Source: Oculina patagonica
Taxonomy: Eukaryota
DNA: 64,000 nucleotides
Assembly: GCF_052425735.1 (NCBI RefSeq)
Contig: NC_135761.1
Location: 14,694,001 to 14,758,000, forward strand
Direction of reading: 5' to 3'
Shown here: positions 38,101-52,000 of the stretch, one piece after another
Layout of the letters: each line of letters begins with the position of its first letter
Numbering within the stretch: position 1 is the stretch's first letter
Notes under the pieces: model-generated
What the model saw: only the letters and a program-made list of their open reading frames with translations
Told to the model about the DNA's origin: nothing
Database searches by the model: none
Translations under genes and position numbers: made by a program

Positions 38101-39740
38101 AAGTTCTAATCGATAAACTTAAGGAAGTATAATGTTTACCCTCTCAGGATCACAGGATGAAATACTAGCACTGAATAAACACAACGAGTATCGTAAAACG
38201 CATGGTGTTCCTCTAATGAAGCTGAATGCTGAGATGAGCAGACAAGCAGCTGAATATGCGCAGAAAATTGCCCAGCGGGGTGTACTATCTCACGCAAGCC
38301 CAAGTGAAAGAAACGATGATGGAGAAAATCTTTCTATGGGCTGTGACAGTGATGGCCAAACAACAGCTGAGGCAACCACAAATTGGTTAGTAACTAAACA
38401 TCAGTCAGTCATTCATTCTTCAGTCAGTCAGTCAGTCAGTCAGTCAGTCAGTCAGTTAGTCAGTCATTCAGTCATCATCTCTCTCATTCGTTTGCGCGTA
38501 GTCCCGGAGAACAGGACCTCGCCCCCGAAACTCCCTGACTATCGCGCTTGAGAGCCCTCCATTCTCGCCCGCCTGTCTCCCTTCACTCCCTCCTTTCCTA
38601 CCGTCTGCCTTCCCCCTCCCTGTGCTCTGTGTTAAGTCAGTCAGTCAGTCAGTCAGTCAGTCAGTCAGTCAGTCAGTCAGTCAGTCAGTATAGGTGGGGA
38701 GGCGGAGGCCAGGGAGGGGCGGGAGAGCCCCCCTTTTTTTTTTTTTTTTTATTCATTTATTCAGTCAGTCAGTCAGAAAATCAATTGATTTAACATACAT
38801 TTCGAAGCAATCAATTCAAATTAATCTATCTTCTGTTTAATTAAGACCTTATCCAATTTGTTGTGCAGCTCACGTTTAACCATTGAATGCCTGCTTTTTT
38901 TTTTCTTCAAAATTGGGCTTATTTGGAACGCTCGACCTCGGATCGAGAGGGTCAGGTTTTAATCATTCAACACCGGGTCGGCGTTGTGTCTTGTTCTCGG
39001 GATAGACAATGAACTCTTACTGAAGTGCTTCTGTCGACCCTGGATTAAAAAAAATTATATAGGCGAACTGTTAAGGCAGCCTGACAAATTGTAGGAACGG
39101 AATAACTTGAGATGGATTAGTTCATGTATAGAGAGGAGTAGAAACACTTCTAGTCACTGCATGCTGCAGAAATACGGGATTAGCTACAGGGTGTAAGCCA
39201 CTAATGACCCGTGAAAAGACTTTTTAAGTAACTTTTATTGAGGCTTGTCGTTAAATTTGAACTTGTATTCACAAAGAATAACAACCAAATGTAACCGGCT
39301 TCAGGCTATAGGCTTCCTTTCAGATAAGACATTAAACGTGCTGAGTATTTCTTATTACATCATTGATATCTTATTCATAGCACATATCTACACACAGGTA
39401 CAATGAAGTGTGCAAACCAGGATACACGTTTGGCCAGGCTAGTGGTAGCGGCGGCACTGGCCACTTTACTCAAGTTGTGTGGAAGGGGAGTGTTGAGCTT
39501 GGTATCGGAAAGGCAGATATTGAGAAGGATGGCATGAAATGTACCTACATTGTGGGCCGATACAAACCCGCTGGGAACATGATGGGAGATTACGCGGAAA
39601 ACGTACCCCAGGGGTCTTTTAACAAGGCCCAGGCATGTGCAGGCGTAAAAAGAACAATTACGCAATACTGGGCGCCACGATCAAGGATACATCACAAGAA
39701 GGGATCAGGAATATCACACCATCATAGCCATAGAGAATAA
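34815..39740 (+). CDS. CAP-D: secreted CAP/SCP protein with shared beta module, (GGGPGA)n and Thr/Pro/Gly repeats, His-rich tail, ~445 aa
   Basis: Exons 34815-34872 (MKTTIGMACVIIYILPFLI), 36172-36333, 36975-37511, 38148-38385 (HNEYR, LSHAS, GENL), 39398-39740 (WYNEVC, GHFTQVVW); 1338 nt, open. Confidence 0.9.
35035..35541. mobile_element. Double-hairpin repeat insertion in CAP-D intron 1
   Basis: Inverted pair 1 AAATAAACCCC..GGAGGATAATGCCC / GGGCATTATCCTCC..GGGGTTTATTT; inverted pair 2 TTATAACCC..CCGATTAATTT / AAATTAATCGG..GGGTTATAA; flanked by ~45-bp imperfect direct repeats. Confidence 0.6.
38401..38776. repeat. (TCAG)n microsatellite tracts in CAP-D intron 4
   Basis: Tracts at ~38401-38473, 38636-38688, 38761-38776. 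Confidence 0.9.
38925..39225 (+). mobile_element. Old, degenerate tRNA-derived SINE
   Basis: Remnants GGAGTAGAAACACTTCTAGTCACTGCATGCTGCAGAAATACGGGATTAGCT of the SINE 3' half. Confidence 0.55.
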
Positions 39741-41758
39741 GACTTTTATTGACATCTGGGTTTCTTAGGTTGAAAGAGACGTTAACTAATATCGTGTAGA
39801 ATAATCTGTTTCAGATATATTGACTTTCTTTCTTACCGGAGAAAAGAAATGAGACACGCTAAGTAAATATAATAATAAAACTTGGTTAGAAAATGATATA
39901 ATGTATAAATGATTCCGAAAGGGCTAGTTATAAAATGTACGGAAATAACTGTATGTAATAATCGTACCTTAGTAATTAAGGGTGCATTTCAAGTCGCCAG
40001 CCGAGAAAATTAATCAGAAGAAGAGGTTCATCTAATAAAGGAAAGTAGAAGAGTATTTAATTAAAGGAAAACTCTTTGCTGACCTTTGCTGTTGGTATGA
40101 TTATATCGGGAAGGGGAGGAAGTACTTCCCTGTATATGCTATTATTTAATGTGCCATCAGGGAGGGTATGGGTTTTGAGCAGCATGGTTTGATAAAGGGC
40201 CATAAAGTCTAGGTTTAGGATGGGCTTTCCTTTGGTTTGCTAGATCTGGCTTTTAAAGTAAACAATGAGCACATATTTGCGTTAACGTATTTATTTCTTT
40301 GTGAGTCTTTTATCCTTCCGTCTAAACTTCAAACGAAAATAGTGTCTGGATTTGGAGAGCCGAGCGGCCCACCCCCACCGAAAAACCTTCGAGGAGTTCC
40401 TCCAAGAATAAAGGGACTAAATACACTTTATTACTGACAGTCTGGTTTATATTTTATAGTTAAATGAACAAAAAACGTGAATGAAAAGGCCTTCATAAGA
40501 GAGGATGCCAATTATACATGCCCTCATGCCCAGTTTCCCTATTCGGCAAAAAGTGGTATTCCGAATTCCTCTATTGTAGGCTTAATCACAGTTGTAAGAA
40601 TGGAGAGATAGAGAAATCAAGGTATTGTGTTTTCCGATCTTTGTCAACTTGCTGTCAAAACAAATCAGCAGTGACCAGTCAAATATTGCTGCTTGAATCA
40701 CTAGTTTGCTTTGCTTAGAAAACCAGTAAACTAAACAATGAGAAACAAAAATTAGATTTTATATATGATATGGCTTATCGTGTGAGCGTAACCCCACGGA
40801 AAAAAGTGATTTTCTTCCTTTCACGTGATTGATTCCATCGGTTAGATGAGAGAAAAAGAGAGGTAGGATTTGAAGAATTTAACATTTTGACGACAGGGAG
40901 GTCTTTAAGCTGGGATTGCAGGTAAGATAAATTCTTTTGTATCGAGAATTGGTGTCGTAAAATTTTCTAAAAGTCCAAGTGATCACAACGGAAGCTTAAT
41001 GCATTGGATTTGAAGAAATGACTGAGAAGATCATAACTAACTTTGTGAATGCAATGACACGATGTTTTATTTTTTTTAATAGAAAAGCAGGAAGGCTTGT
41101 CACTTGGGGGCCTTTCTGATTATAAAGTGTTTGGTCAAACAAATTCTCTTTAATTTGGCACTAATAAGTCAATATTGAATATCTCGACGTTTTCTTAGTA
41201 TCTAGGTCATTTTTGTTCATTCATCGCTTTAATAATATTCATTGTTCTCTTTCTTATTTTCCTCCTTGTATTAATCCCCACCTTAATAAAAAAATGTCAA
41301 TAGGATGTAAGATAGAGGGATTCTCCGCAAAAAGGGCCTGTTAACCATTTTATTTATTGAACGACCGTTATAAATGGCGTTTAACTTATCCAGAATCTGC
41401 TTTGAGTCAACTGAAAGATTTTAGAGAAAGTAGTATAAAACTACTTTCACTTAACGAAAACCATTTAAGTGAAACATTATGATACCCGTAACAGCAAGCA
41501 GGGTGGCAATTTTTCCCGCCAACAGGTGGCGCGGGGTTACAGGTGTACTTTGTGAAAACAGCGAGATGTGTATAACCTTGAAATGGCCTTCGATTTTCTA
41601 CGATTTTCGACATTATAATTGCCACGGAAAGAGTAACTTTGAGCAGGAAATTCCGACAATTTTTAGTTAAGACGTTGCTCTTTCTGGGGAAAAAACAAAT
41701 TCCATAACTTTTGTCATTGAAGTTTTAGAGATTATAACTTGAAGATATCTCCCTGACG

Positions 41759-44700
41759 ATGAAAGAAATTCTGTGGCTCTTCGCCGTGTTTACGGTCTTG
41801 AAGGTCGCAAATGGGCAAGTATATGGAGGTATAATAATGCAATTTTAAATTTTTTTTATTTGACCAGAAAGCCTTGCACTTTGTTTAAGTCAGCGAAGCA
41901 GACTTCTTTTATAAACAAGTTCAAGGTCAGTTGACTCTTACACGAAGAATACGTAAACTTTCTTGCATGAATGCTATAAAATGCATTCATGGTGGAGGAT
42001 ACATGTGATAAATGCTTAGGCTATGTGTTTATTAAGGCCTTGTGTTTTTTAAAGGCGAATATACTGAGACTGACGTTTAATTTAAACGACTGTCAAGATG
42101 GCACGCGACAGAGCTCCGACATGTCAAACAGCCGAAAGGTATTTTGTCTTAGAAGAGTCAAACCAATGTCACTGCTACCAGTTAACGTGGTGAAAAGTAA
42201 CTGAAAATCTGCGGAAGTATGGTAGAGGTTGCAGTTGTTTCGTAGTTTATATCAATATGTCCTTGCTAGTCAAAATTGCAAGCTTCGTCTACCACAGGCA
42301 TAAACTAATGTCTTGTTTTATTTTATAAATAGAGCATGGCATTATTTTTAACAGACGTAAACCGGAAGTCTTTATCTATCTAGCACTTAGTGTTCGTATG
42401 CACTTAACTACTTTACACGAGTTAAAGATAATAGAGGACATAAGGATAAGTATTAAACAGCCCTATTTTGAACTTTTTTGTGTACTCTAGGTTATCAGTA
42501 CAGACCGCAGTATCCGTATTTATACAAAATGGCGCCTGTCTACAGCTGGTACCAACGGGATGAAAAACCTGCGCCTGATATTACAATGGAACCGAACTCT
42601 CAAGGTCAGAAACTTTCCAGAGGAAATTTCTTTATTTTATTTTATCTTATTAGATTATTTGTTGGAATAGTTGTCAAAGAGAAACCAAATTCTAGGGAAC
42701 ACTTGTATTCATCTATGAATCCCTTTAGTGATTGGTAAGTGAAAGGGGGAGGGGAGGGGGGAGGGGGGGACAAACTGGAAACAAACTGAAATTGTAGTCT
42801 GTAAGTGAGGACCGACGGGGGAGAAGGGAGGAGAAGGGATTGGAGGGGGAAATGGAGGTCCCTTGGGAGGCGGTATTTCTCACCCCTTCTCACCCCCTTT
42901 CCCCCCTCACTCTTATCGCTCTCCTGACTTTATCTGTAATTTATCTCTAACCGGAGAGCCTGTTTACAGCCGACCAAACCGAAAGCCAGTTTACAGGGTA
43001 CCTTCATCATACGACTATGTTCAAATGTCAAATGTATTAAAAACTTTTGTTATAAGTTATACGATATTTTTGGAATCATTCACAGATGGACAAAAGTCAA
43101 TAAATTAGTACAAGAACAAATATGTTATTTCAAAGTTTTTGGAATAAGCTTGTCTGGAATTGGCCATGGCCAAGACATCAACCCGATGCTTCGTTACCAG
43201 TAAGAAAGTAAGATGCAAACTACTATGGTGAGTATTTACGTGTTGAGTGTTGGCTTGAAAGTCTTTTTCTAAAATTTGTTGTAAACTATTCTACCGAATT
43301 AGGAGTGTGGCTTCACTGCTTAACGATAAATATCTTTGAACACCAAAAGCAAGCCACATGATTTCATTCTCCAAGATGTTTTACTAAACCGTAATCAGTG
43401 GTTTCTAAGAATTTTTGTTCCAAAGTAAAACTGTCAACTTGAAAAGGTCAGCCCGTCTACTTTTCATGGTTTAGGCTACTTGTGTCCTACGAGGTCCGTA
43501 GCCACACCATTTTCTAACGATTTGTACGACAATTACAGTACGTTTTAGCAAGGCCAGGCCACTATTCGTGGATTTCCAATTAAGTACCAACACCTTCATT
43601 TGATATTCCAAGTAGCACTAAATGTTGGCGAAACTGCCCCTTTTAGTATCAACTAAACCATAATTGACTACAAGGACTGCTTGTCCTGATAAATTGAGGA
43701 GAACATGAGGCATTATCATCGCCCTTACGCTGTACAATATATCTTACAGATGTCACAGCATTTGAAGCTCAGGGGTTATTGTATCACAACCTCCATCGAA
43801 GCGTCCACAACACCCCAAAAGTTCAACTAGACCATGAGTTAAGCCTTCAGGCTGCACGTTATGCGAAACAAATCGCTCAAAGTTTGGTAATAAAGCACGC
43901 CCCCATTGAAACTCGACCGGGCCAGGCAGAAAACATTTTTTTACGCTGTAAAGCATTTAGCCAAGGAGCATCTGCTTTTGAAGCAGAGAAAGAATGGTGA
44001 GTATGGAATAATAGAAATATTATATCCTATTTGTTATCTTTCGAATAATTCACTTGGGGTGAAAGCTAGAACATGTAGAACGTTAAAAGCTAGTTTTAAG
44101 AACTGGGGAACATCACTTCGGGGACGTCATCTGATAATCCTTACCTCGGCTCTAGAACTGCTTTTGCCACTTAGTCAGCGGAAGCTGTGAACAAGACACA
44201 AGTGGCTTTGGGGACACATGAATTGATTGGCTAGATTTTAACAAAGGGAGTTTCAATCCTATAGCTAGCTTGCCAATCAAATCAACCTTTTCAAACTCTC
44301 GTATAACAAAGGGATTTTAAACGGCTCATTTGATTAGCTGTTCCTTTAGTTAAAATCCAGCCAATCAAATTATTTTTTTCCAGAGCCACTTGTTTCTCGT
44401 GCACAGACTCCGCCGGCTACGAGGGACAAGCCGCACTGGGCACGAGATCAAGAATGGATATTCCCCGGTTAAGACAGCGTCACGTGATGTGTTAGACCAA
44501 TCGGGCGGGAGAAAAAGAAAAATATTTGTACTATAAATAGAAACTCTAATTTTGTGCGACGAATATTTATCACTGCAATTATTTGTTTTAGGTACTCGAC
44601 TGTTTGTCACTGGGATTTTGATAAGCCGATTCCTATAAACGACAAAGGGAAACCTTTCAGCAGAATAATTTGGCGATCAGCTCAACAAATGGGAATCGGA

Positions 44701-45015
44701 AGAGCAACATTTACCGCGAACGACAATTTTAACTGTACAGCAGTAGTGGCAAGATACAGGCCCTATGTAAACGCGCAGAATTACGCGGAAAATGTTCTAA
44801 AAGGAAAATTCGTAGCTACGGGCTGCCAATATATAAATAATGTTGAAAACGAAGATTTTATTTTGCCTCCGCAACCTGGAAAGGGATGTCAGAAAATTTC
44901 TGGATTTAAAGGACAAATGCTACAAGAAAGTACTACTTGCACAATTAAACAGTTATTTGCAATCTTTGGAGCTTCAGTTAGAAGAGGGAAGCAAGGATTT
45001 AGTGTTGTTTTATAA
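41759..45015 (+). CDS. CAP-E: divergent secreted CAP/SCP protein, short Tyr-rich N-terminus, Cys-containing C-terminal extension, ~284 aa
   Basis: Exons 41759-41828 (MKEILWLFAVFTVLKVANG), 42491-42604, 43750-43996 (HNLHR, AENI), 44592-45015 (WYSTVC, PFSRIIW, CTAVVARY); 855 nt, open; same CAP intron phases as the paralogues. Confidence 0.85.
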
Positions 45016-45183
45016 CCGCAAGGGAATGACGTTCCGTTATATTGTATCGTATATGAACACCGTTTTTGAAATACTTGGGTAATAATTAATTAAGTAAGAG
45101 ACAAATGACAACACAACAACAAGAATCACCGAACATTATTAATATAAGTTTTTAAATTTACAATTAATTTAATAATCTAAAAT

Positions 45184-45817
45184 ATTGGCTGCGGTCACAT
45201 CTAGACTGCTAACTATAGTTAGGACGGCGTTAACTATAGTTAGCTATTTCGGTAATGTGACCGCTTCTCTGTTCGCCCTAACTAAAATTTACGCCTCGCT
45301 GATCTAAAACAATGCACACTATAACTATATGAATGTGTGTCCAGCAGTAGCAATGAAATATATATATGATAATGCAAATGCTTTATCATAACTTAACTAT
45401 AGTTATACCCAAGCAGGGTTCATGGGTTAGTCTTAAGTTTGCAAACGAAAAGCCAATCAGAATGCGACAATTCTTTTCGCACGTGCGAGATGAACATATT
45501 GCAACAAAGGCAAGGGAAGGACAGACACATGCGAAATCACATGGGCAAGCTCGAATCCGCAGCCTACTCTACCCAACGCCGAAAGCCGGCAAAATGAAAA
45601 ATAGAGGAACAACGGACACAAATAAACAAAAGGGCTGTCATGAACTAATTTAAATACCAAATTATTCACAACCTTATCAGAACTAACTATAGTTAACTGC
45701 ATTGGTGTGACCGCAAAGACGACCGAAAGCACTAACTATAGTTAGGTATGACGTCACGTAACGTGAGACTAACTACAGTTAAACTTTAGTTACGTCGTAG
45801 ATGTGACCGCAGCCAAT
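45184..45817. mobile_element. MITE (PIF/Harbinger-like termini)
   Basis: ATTGGCTGCGGTCACATCTA ... TAGATGTGACCGCAGCCAAT perfect 20-bp inverted termini; internal palindromic TAACTATAGTTA repeats. Confidence 0.8.
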
Positions 45818-47423
45818 GCATATCAGGTACTTGAAAATAATTGAGCTAATCGAGCCAAAAAAGCCTTGGTTAAGTGAACAGTGCAATTTAAACACGATCA
45901 TATGAAAAGAAGTTAAATAGAAAAAAATATGAAACAAGATAAATTAGATTAGATAAATCCTGCATTTCAGGATAATTATGTAATTTTCTTACCGTACCGT
46001 TCGTATAGAGAATAACTTTACCTGAGGGAACAGTTCTTCTTCTTCCTTATATGAAAAAAACTGAGCAACAATGTTTGGTTTTGCCAAAAAGTGGCAGAAA
46101 AACAAGGCGTTTTTAGTCGCAAGTCAAGTGGAGTCCTAAGTCCTGCAGGTAAATTCTTCTACTTTTTATCTTTAACGGGTAGGTAATTTATCAATTAAAG
46201 AAGCCCCATCTAATGAACACACCAGGATCATAGCCCCAAAAGGGGTGAAAATGATCCCCTTTTTAAAAGCCAGGGAACCTCAAAGTAACAATTTGCATCC
46301 CAAAGTACATACCCAAATAGCCCATTTATGGGCGTAATCCCCCATCCCCCCCCCCCCCCCACACCGAAATGCATGCTGTCCCGAGCTACAAAGATATACT
46401 GTTTGGTATTTCCAAGAAGGATGTAATTATGTTTAATTGGATTATTGCTACTTGTTTTACTGTACTGGTTTAAAATCTTAAATATCGTTTTGACCAACAG
46501 TCAGGTGACACGACAACAGTGTAGTTTCTAAACTAAAATACACGTAGTTGAAAAAAAAAAGAACTCAAACTGTCGTTGACTGACTCTACAGATATGGTGG
46601 GAGTCGTGTAAAATTGAAATAATAGAAGAGCACAGACTGTTGGTCACGACGTCATAATTACTTGTGCTTTTGCACTGTAATCTGTTCATATAATCGATGA
46701 TAACCTTGCTTACAGAAAGAATGTATGACTGTCAGAGTTAAATCTGAGAATAACTTTTATAAAATCTATGCACTTTTTGTCGTTACTGTTGCTGTTTATT
46801 CATGTTTAGTAAGCTCAATCATGTTTACAGGTCTTATTTCTTGACCACTCCCATTATTTAAATTCGGTCGGGAGTCTTTTCTATCTTCTAGTCTATTCTA
46901 TCAATTCTATATCATCCAATATTCGATATTTTATTAAGGTGGCAAATTAAGGTGCAAATTTTTAAAACAATATATCGGTAGTGTCAGTGCTTTGTTATTT
47001 TAACAACGTCAGACGAATTTTTTTCAAATTCGTAAAAATGTTTTGTTTGCCGTTCAAACAAAAATATATCAAAAAGCAAAATCATTCACCGAATAGTTTT
47101 TAAGTTACTTTTTCTCAGGTAGCAGTTAAACTTTCAGCTCATTTCTCATTTTACTGTTCTAAGATCTCAGCTAATTTTATTTTTTGAAGTTAGATTTTGA
47201 CCAATTCTCAGCTTTCACCTAATCAAGAACTCCACCTGAGAAAGGAAAGGGTTGAGGCTTTCAGCATACGGAGAGACTCATGCTAAATAAGATAATGAAT
47301 TAGTCCAAATGTGACGTCTAATAATATAAACCCTACATCAAAACAACAATCAAACAGAACATATAGAATTTCAAGCGAATCCGGAATATTTCTCTTTTGT
47401 ACAACTCAGTCCCTTGACCTCTG

Positions 47424-49015
47424 TTACAGTCGAGTGCATATTGTATCATTAGTTTTGAACGAAAAACCTACTACTGTAGAAGTAGATTTATCAAATGAGC
47501 GACTCAGTGTTACCATACCAATGCTTCTCCTCCTAAAGGAATGAAATTTTCCAAGGCGGCAGCAAAACCTGCAGCAAGAAAAGAAACGCCCGAAACTTCT
47601 TCGCAAACGCTTGCGGTAACTCGGACTTATCAGCACATACAAACACGGGTTTATAGCACTGTTTGCATGGCAGAGCCAAAAGAAAAACACTTCAACTTCC
47701 AATGGGATTTTACGAAGTAAATCTATGCGATAATACACTAAATAGTGCATAACATGTGCTGGAAACCAGCATATAGCAAAAACCACAACAATAAGAATTA
47801 AAGCCTTAATAATCCTGCGCTTTTCCTTTTCCGTTGATCTGAACCTCGCTTTGCTCACGTTTCCAGGTATTTTCCTTTGCCAGAGTTTTCTTGTGATTAG
47901 GGTGTACAGAACTGTCAGAACCACCAGAGGGACACAGTAGAGTACAATAAAAGTCGTCAAATAGTAAACCTGTCGAGATTTTTGATTGTCAAACGGAGAA
48001 AAGGCGCGTAGGCAGTAATGGGTTCCTTTGTGCTCGTGAATGTCGTTTGCCATCTTAAATGGAATGGCGTACCCTATAGAACTTATCCAGATGGCAAATG
48101 TCATCACTTTGACGTTTCGAAACATGTTTCCTCTCATCGGGTGACAGATAGCATAAAAGCGATCGAATGAAACCAACAAAACCGTAAAAATTGATGCTGG
48201 TATTGACACCTGATAGGAGAAGTGGACAAATTTACACGTGATTTGTCCAATTACCCCTCCAAGCCATTTCAGTCCCACATGAATGTATACTAGCGTATAT
48301 GGCATGGCAAAGATTGTAACCAGTAGGTCTGCAATCGCCATATTGGCGATCAGCATGTTTGCGGTGCGGTTTCCCGCCTTTTTTCTCAACGCCAGGTACA
48401 GGCCAAGACCGTTTCCCGCCAATGCACACAAGATAGTCGTGACATACACGGTTGTTATAACAAGCTTGCTTGTATTGGTGAAAATCTCAGTTGGCTCGCT
48501 TTCTATTAGAGATCAAAGAAATAATAAAAATAGTATTTTGTTTTTTAAACTTAAAAACGTAACAAAGACATGATTTATTGCCAAAAATTACAATTAGTTT
48601 CCTTCAGATGTGCTGTCGAAAACTTTAGAACACAAAATATATTTCCTGTAGTTAATGATTCAGAGGGCAAAATCTCATGGCAGAGGCTGCCGAACGGTTG
48701 AAATTGTCTACAACATAGTAATAATAGCTTGCAATGTTCCGGTGTATTTGTATACTGATATAAAAGCTAGCTAAACATGCAATTGTAAAGATTTCTGATG
48801 AAATTACAATTATAAATTTAAGCATTTGAAGCAATTTCAAAGCTACTTAGATTTCGAGAATCGCCCAATACTTCACATGGATAATTTTTCAAAAAAAAAT
48901 TGACTAGTACCTTAAATGTTCTAGTTCGTCGGAATCTGAATACTGCATTGCAGGACAGACCAAATAAATCTCTAAATAACAAACCTTTTCCACTGCTTGA
49001 ATTTGAGCCATTCAT
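47424..49015 (-). CDS. Class A (rhodopsin-like) 7TM GPCR, peptide-receptor type, ~369 aa
   Basis: Exons 49015-48985 (MNGSNSSSGK) and 48502-47424; 1110 nt, open. N-terminal sequons NGS/NSS/NTS; GN (TM1), NMAIAD (TM2), C..DRF (TM3), W (TM4), CWFP (TM6), NSAINPCLY (TM7), C-terminal CC pairs. Confidence 0.93.
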
Positions 49016-52000
49016 GATAACCACTGACCTGGGCAAAGTGCTAAACTGCAAGTAAAAATTGAAGAAAGTTTTCATCAAACAGAAATAATAGCTGCTTATT
49101 CAGTAGATTAGACGTATACTTATTAAAAAAAAATAAAAGACTGCGGAAGACCGTTCAAAGAATGGAAACAATTTTTTTTTGCGGGCATGGACGAAAATTA
49201 AACTCGGCGTCTTAATTTAGGTTGTGTCTATGTCGGTTGTGCAGGTAACATTTGTCAATGAGTTAGAAAGCTGATCAAAATCAATACTAGCATCGGGATA
49301 AACTTACATGTAAGGTAAGTTTAGACGAAAAATTATATTTTCACTAATCAGTAACGAACGACGGAATGAATGGCTTACAGCTACAATTGTCTCGATGAAA
49401 CTGGCATAATTACGCCTGTCTATTGGATTAAAGCAACTTTGGAGAGAAATAATCCTCCTTGTGAACTTGTAAATTTAGTGCCAGTTGTACTTTTAGCAAA
49501 ACACAGTCGCATACCTTGCAAACCTCAGAGACGAAATCCGACTACGGTGAAAAGATCAAGGATTATGTTGTTTATCCAGGGTTAGACACAACTGGAACAA
49601 TAAAATTCTTTTTTTTTTTAATAAAGGAAGTAGTAATTAAATAGAAAGAAACTATTACCGACATGTTTACTTTAGTTGGCTTTTCCAAAAAGCATTTCTA
49701 CTTGAGACATTTCCTTATGATATTTTGGTCATTCTTATGAGCGAAAATTAAGGGAAAATGACACTCTCTAATCAATCGAATTAAAAGCCAAAAGTGACAA
49801 ATTACGTCTATGAAGTAAAAGGCTGTAATACAATTTGCTCTAATAAGAAAAAAATTAAAAGTAAAATGTACACACATGTAAGCAAATATATCGAATACTT
49901 TTTTCCCAGATAAAGGCGTATTACCATACATATTAAAAATTTTATAAGCCTCCGTCTGCAGAATTTCGTTAAGGGTTTAAAAGCATTCTTATTTCCATTT
50001 TTATTAAATAGAAAAATTCTTTCTGTTAGTTGTATTTAAGTAACCAAAACAAAATGACAGTCAAACTCCTAATATTTTGTATTGCAGTGAGACATTGTTA
50101 CCGGAAGACTTATTATTTTCATGACAGATATTGTTCGCGGCTTTTCGGTATGTTTGGAAAAATCCTAACCTAATTTACCTTTACATTGTTTAATGGACAA
50201 AGGAAGTCATCTGAAATGCAATGTGCAATTTTGATATTGATCTATGTAAAATGGTGTAAAACATTTTATTTTTTTTTATTGCATGCATTGCTTCACAAAT
50301 ACACCTTCAATATACACCACTTTGTTATCTACCCATTTTATTATTTCTGCTAGTATCTTTTTTAATTTCGTGTTCGAACGGATGCGCAACCAAGCTTTCA
50401 TCTGAGTCCACTAAGTGGTCAACAGTCAACATTATTGCTGAAGCTATAAACACCTCATTCTTAATAAATATTATGTTTATGCCGAACAACTTCTTTCGAA
50501 ATAGGTCAAGCGCAAGTACAATACAAATCCTTAGGGATGAAAAACAGAACAATGCGACAGTCATGCTTTCTATTTTGAGATACCTATATGCAAACGTTGT
50601 TTTTCTTTGGTAGGCAAACACGGCCGAGTGCAAAGGTTGCGTGGAACGATAATTTAGCACAAGCAACAAGGTCTTAAGTATTTTAATTCTGGCCAATATC
50701 AAGGCGAACATGATGCACATGGCAGGAAGTGTTGAAATGCAAGACACCTGTGTAGAAAGGAATCGAGATTACACTAGTCCGCGAAATTCGTAGCCTCCCA
50801 CGCAGTCGTTTTAGGGGTGATCACGATCGCCCCTAAGAAATAATTTGCTTAATAGATATCACGTACGATTTAAGTATAACGTGCACGCGATTCGGTCTGG
50901 AATCACGATTTCTTACAAGTAAACTCAGTTTTTGGGTTCAACGTAAAACCCCTTTTGCAGCTTTGATATTAGAATTGGTAGAGTTAAAAGAATAGTTATA
51001 ACGCTTCGTTGTTGAACAATTAAATACTGAACAGGCCCACCCACAGAAAAGTTAATCCCCTCACAGCTACTTTCCCTTTTATCGGGAACAGAATACGATA
51101 GAGCGTTCTCCAAAAACTCTTCGCAAAGTAAATTTGAAGGCTTTGCTTATGGCACTAGTTTCGACTCCTTCACTAAAACTCTTTTTGAAGATAGTGAAGT
51201 TGTATACTATTGCAAAGCTCACGAAAATTGACTAAGCTTTTATATAAGGATGCAATTTTGGCGCATCAAACTTAATCATGCAAAAGCAGGAGGCAAAAGT
51301 ACTTTCTGTATAAACTACATTGTCGAGCAAGACGCCCATGAAACTGAAAGGAAATTACAGTCTTCAGGAAGCAGCAAAGGATGTAAGCACCAAAATTCTC
51401 AACATTGAACACAATGATATTTTTGCTGCAATAATTAATAGCGTTTAATATTTATTCCAAAATAACTAATGTATGGCAGTATAGGTAAATGACTATTTCA
51501 GTTCACTGTGACTAGCAGGCAATATTAAAAAGGAAAAGGAAAAACTCACCGTCTCTAGCAACACTTAGTAGTGACGTAAGACTTTTATAAAATAACAAGA
51601 TATTTTAGGAAAATATCTCTCCGCTGACGGACGCAAAAACCCTGAAGGGGTAATTTTCTATTATCGCAAAAACCTTTCAACGCCATAACAGATCACTTAA
51701 TTAACGCAAATCAAAACTGAGGCCGGGGTGGGAAATGTAGCAACAGATTTCGCGCCATTATGTACATAGCTAGCTCTTATTTTTTACTGAAAAGAAAGGA
51801 ATTAGTTCAAGTTGCAATTTTACAGTTTTTTCCCTTCGGACGAATTATGCACTTCGTTTATCTCGGTTATTTATGAACTATAAATGCAGCTACGTTTTGA
51901 ATTAAAATTTCACTAGGCCCGTATCATATGATTTGACGAGCAATGTTAAGACAGAGGACCTTGACTCCACCGCGGTCAAACGACAGAAATATGCAAAAAA

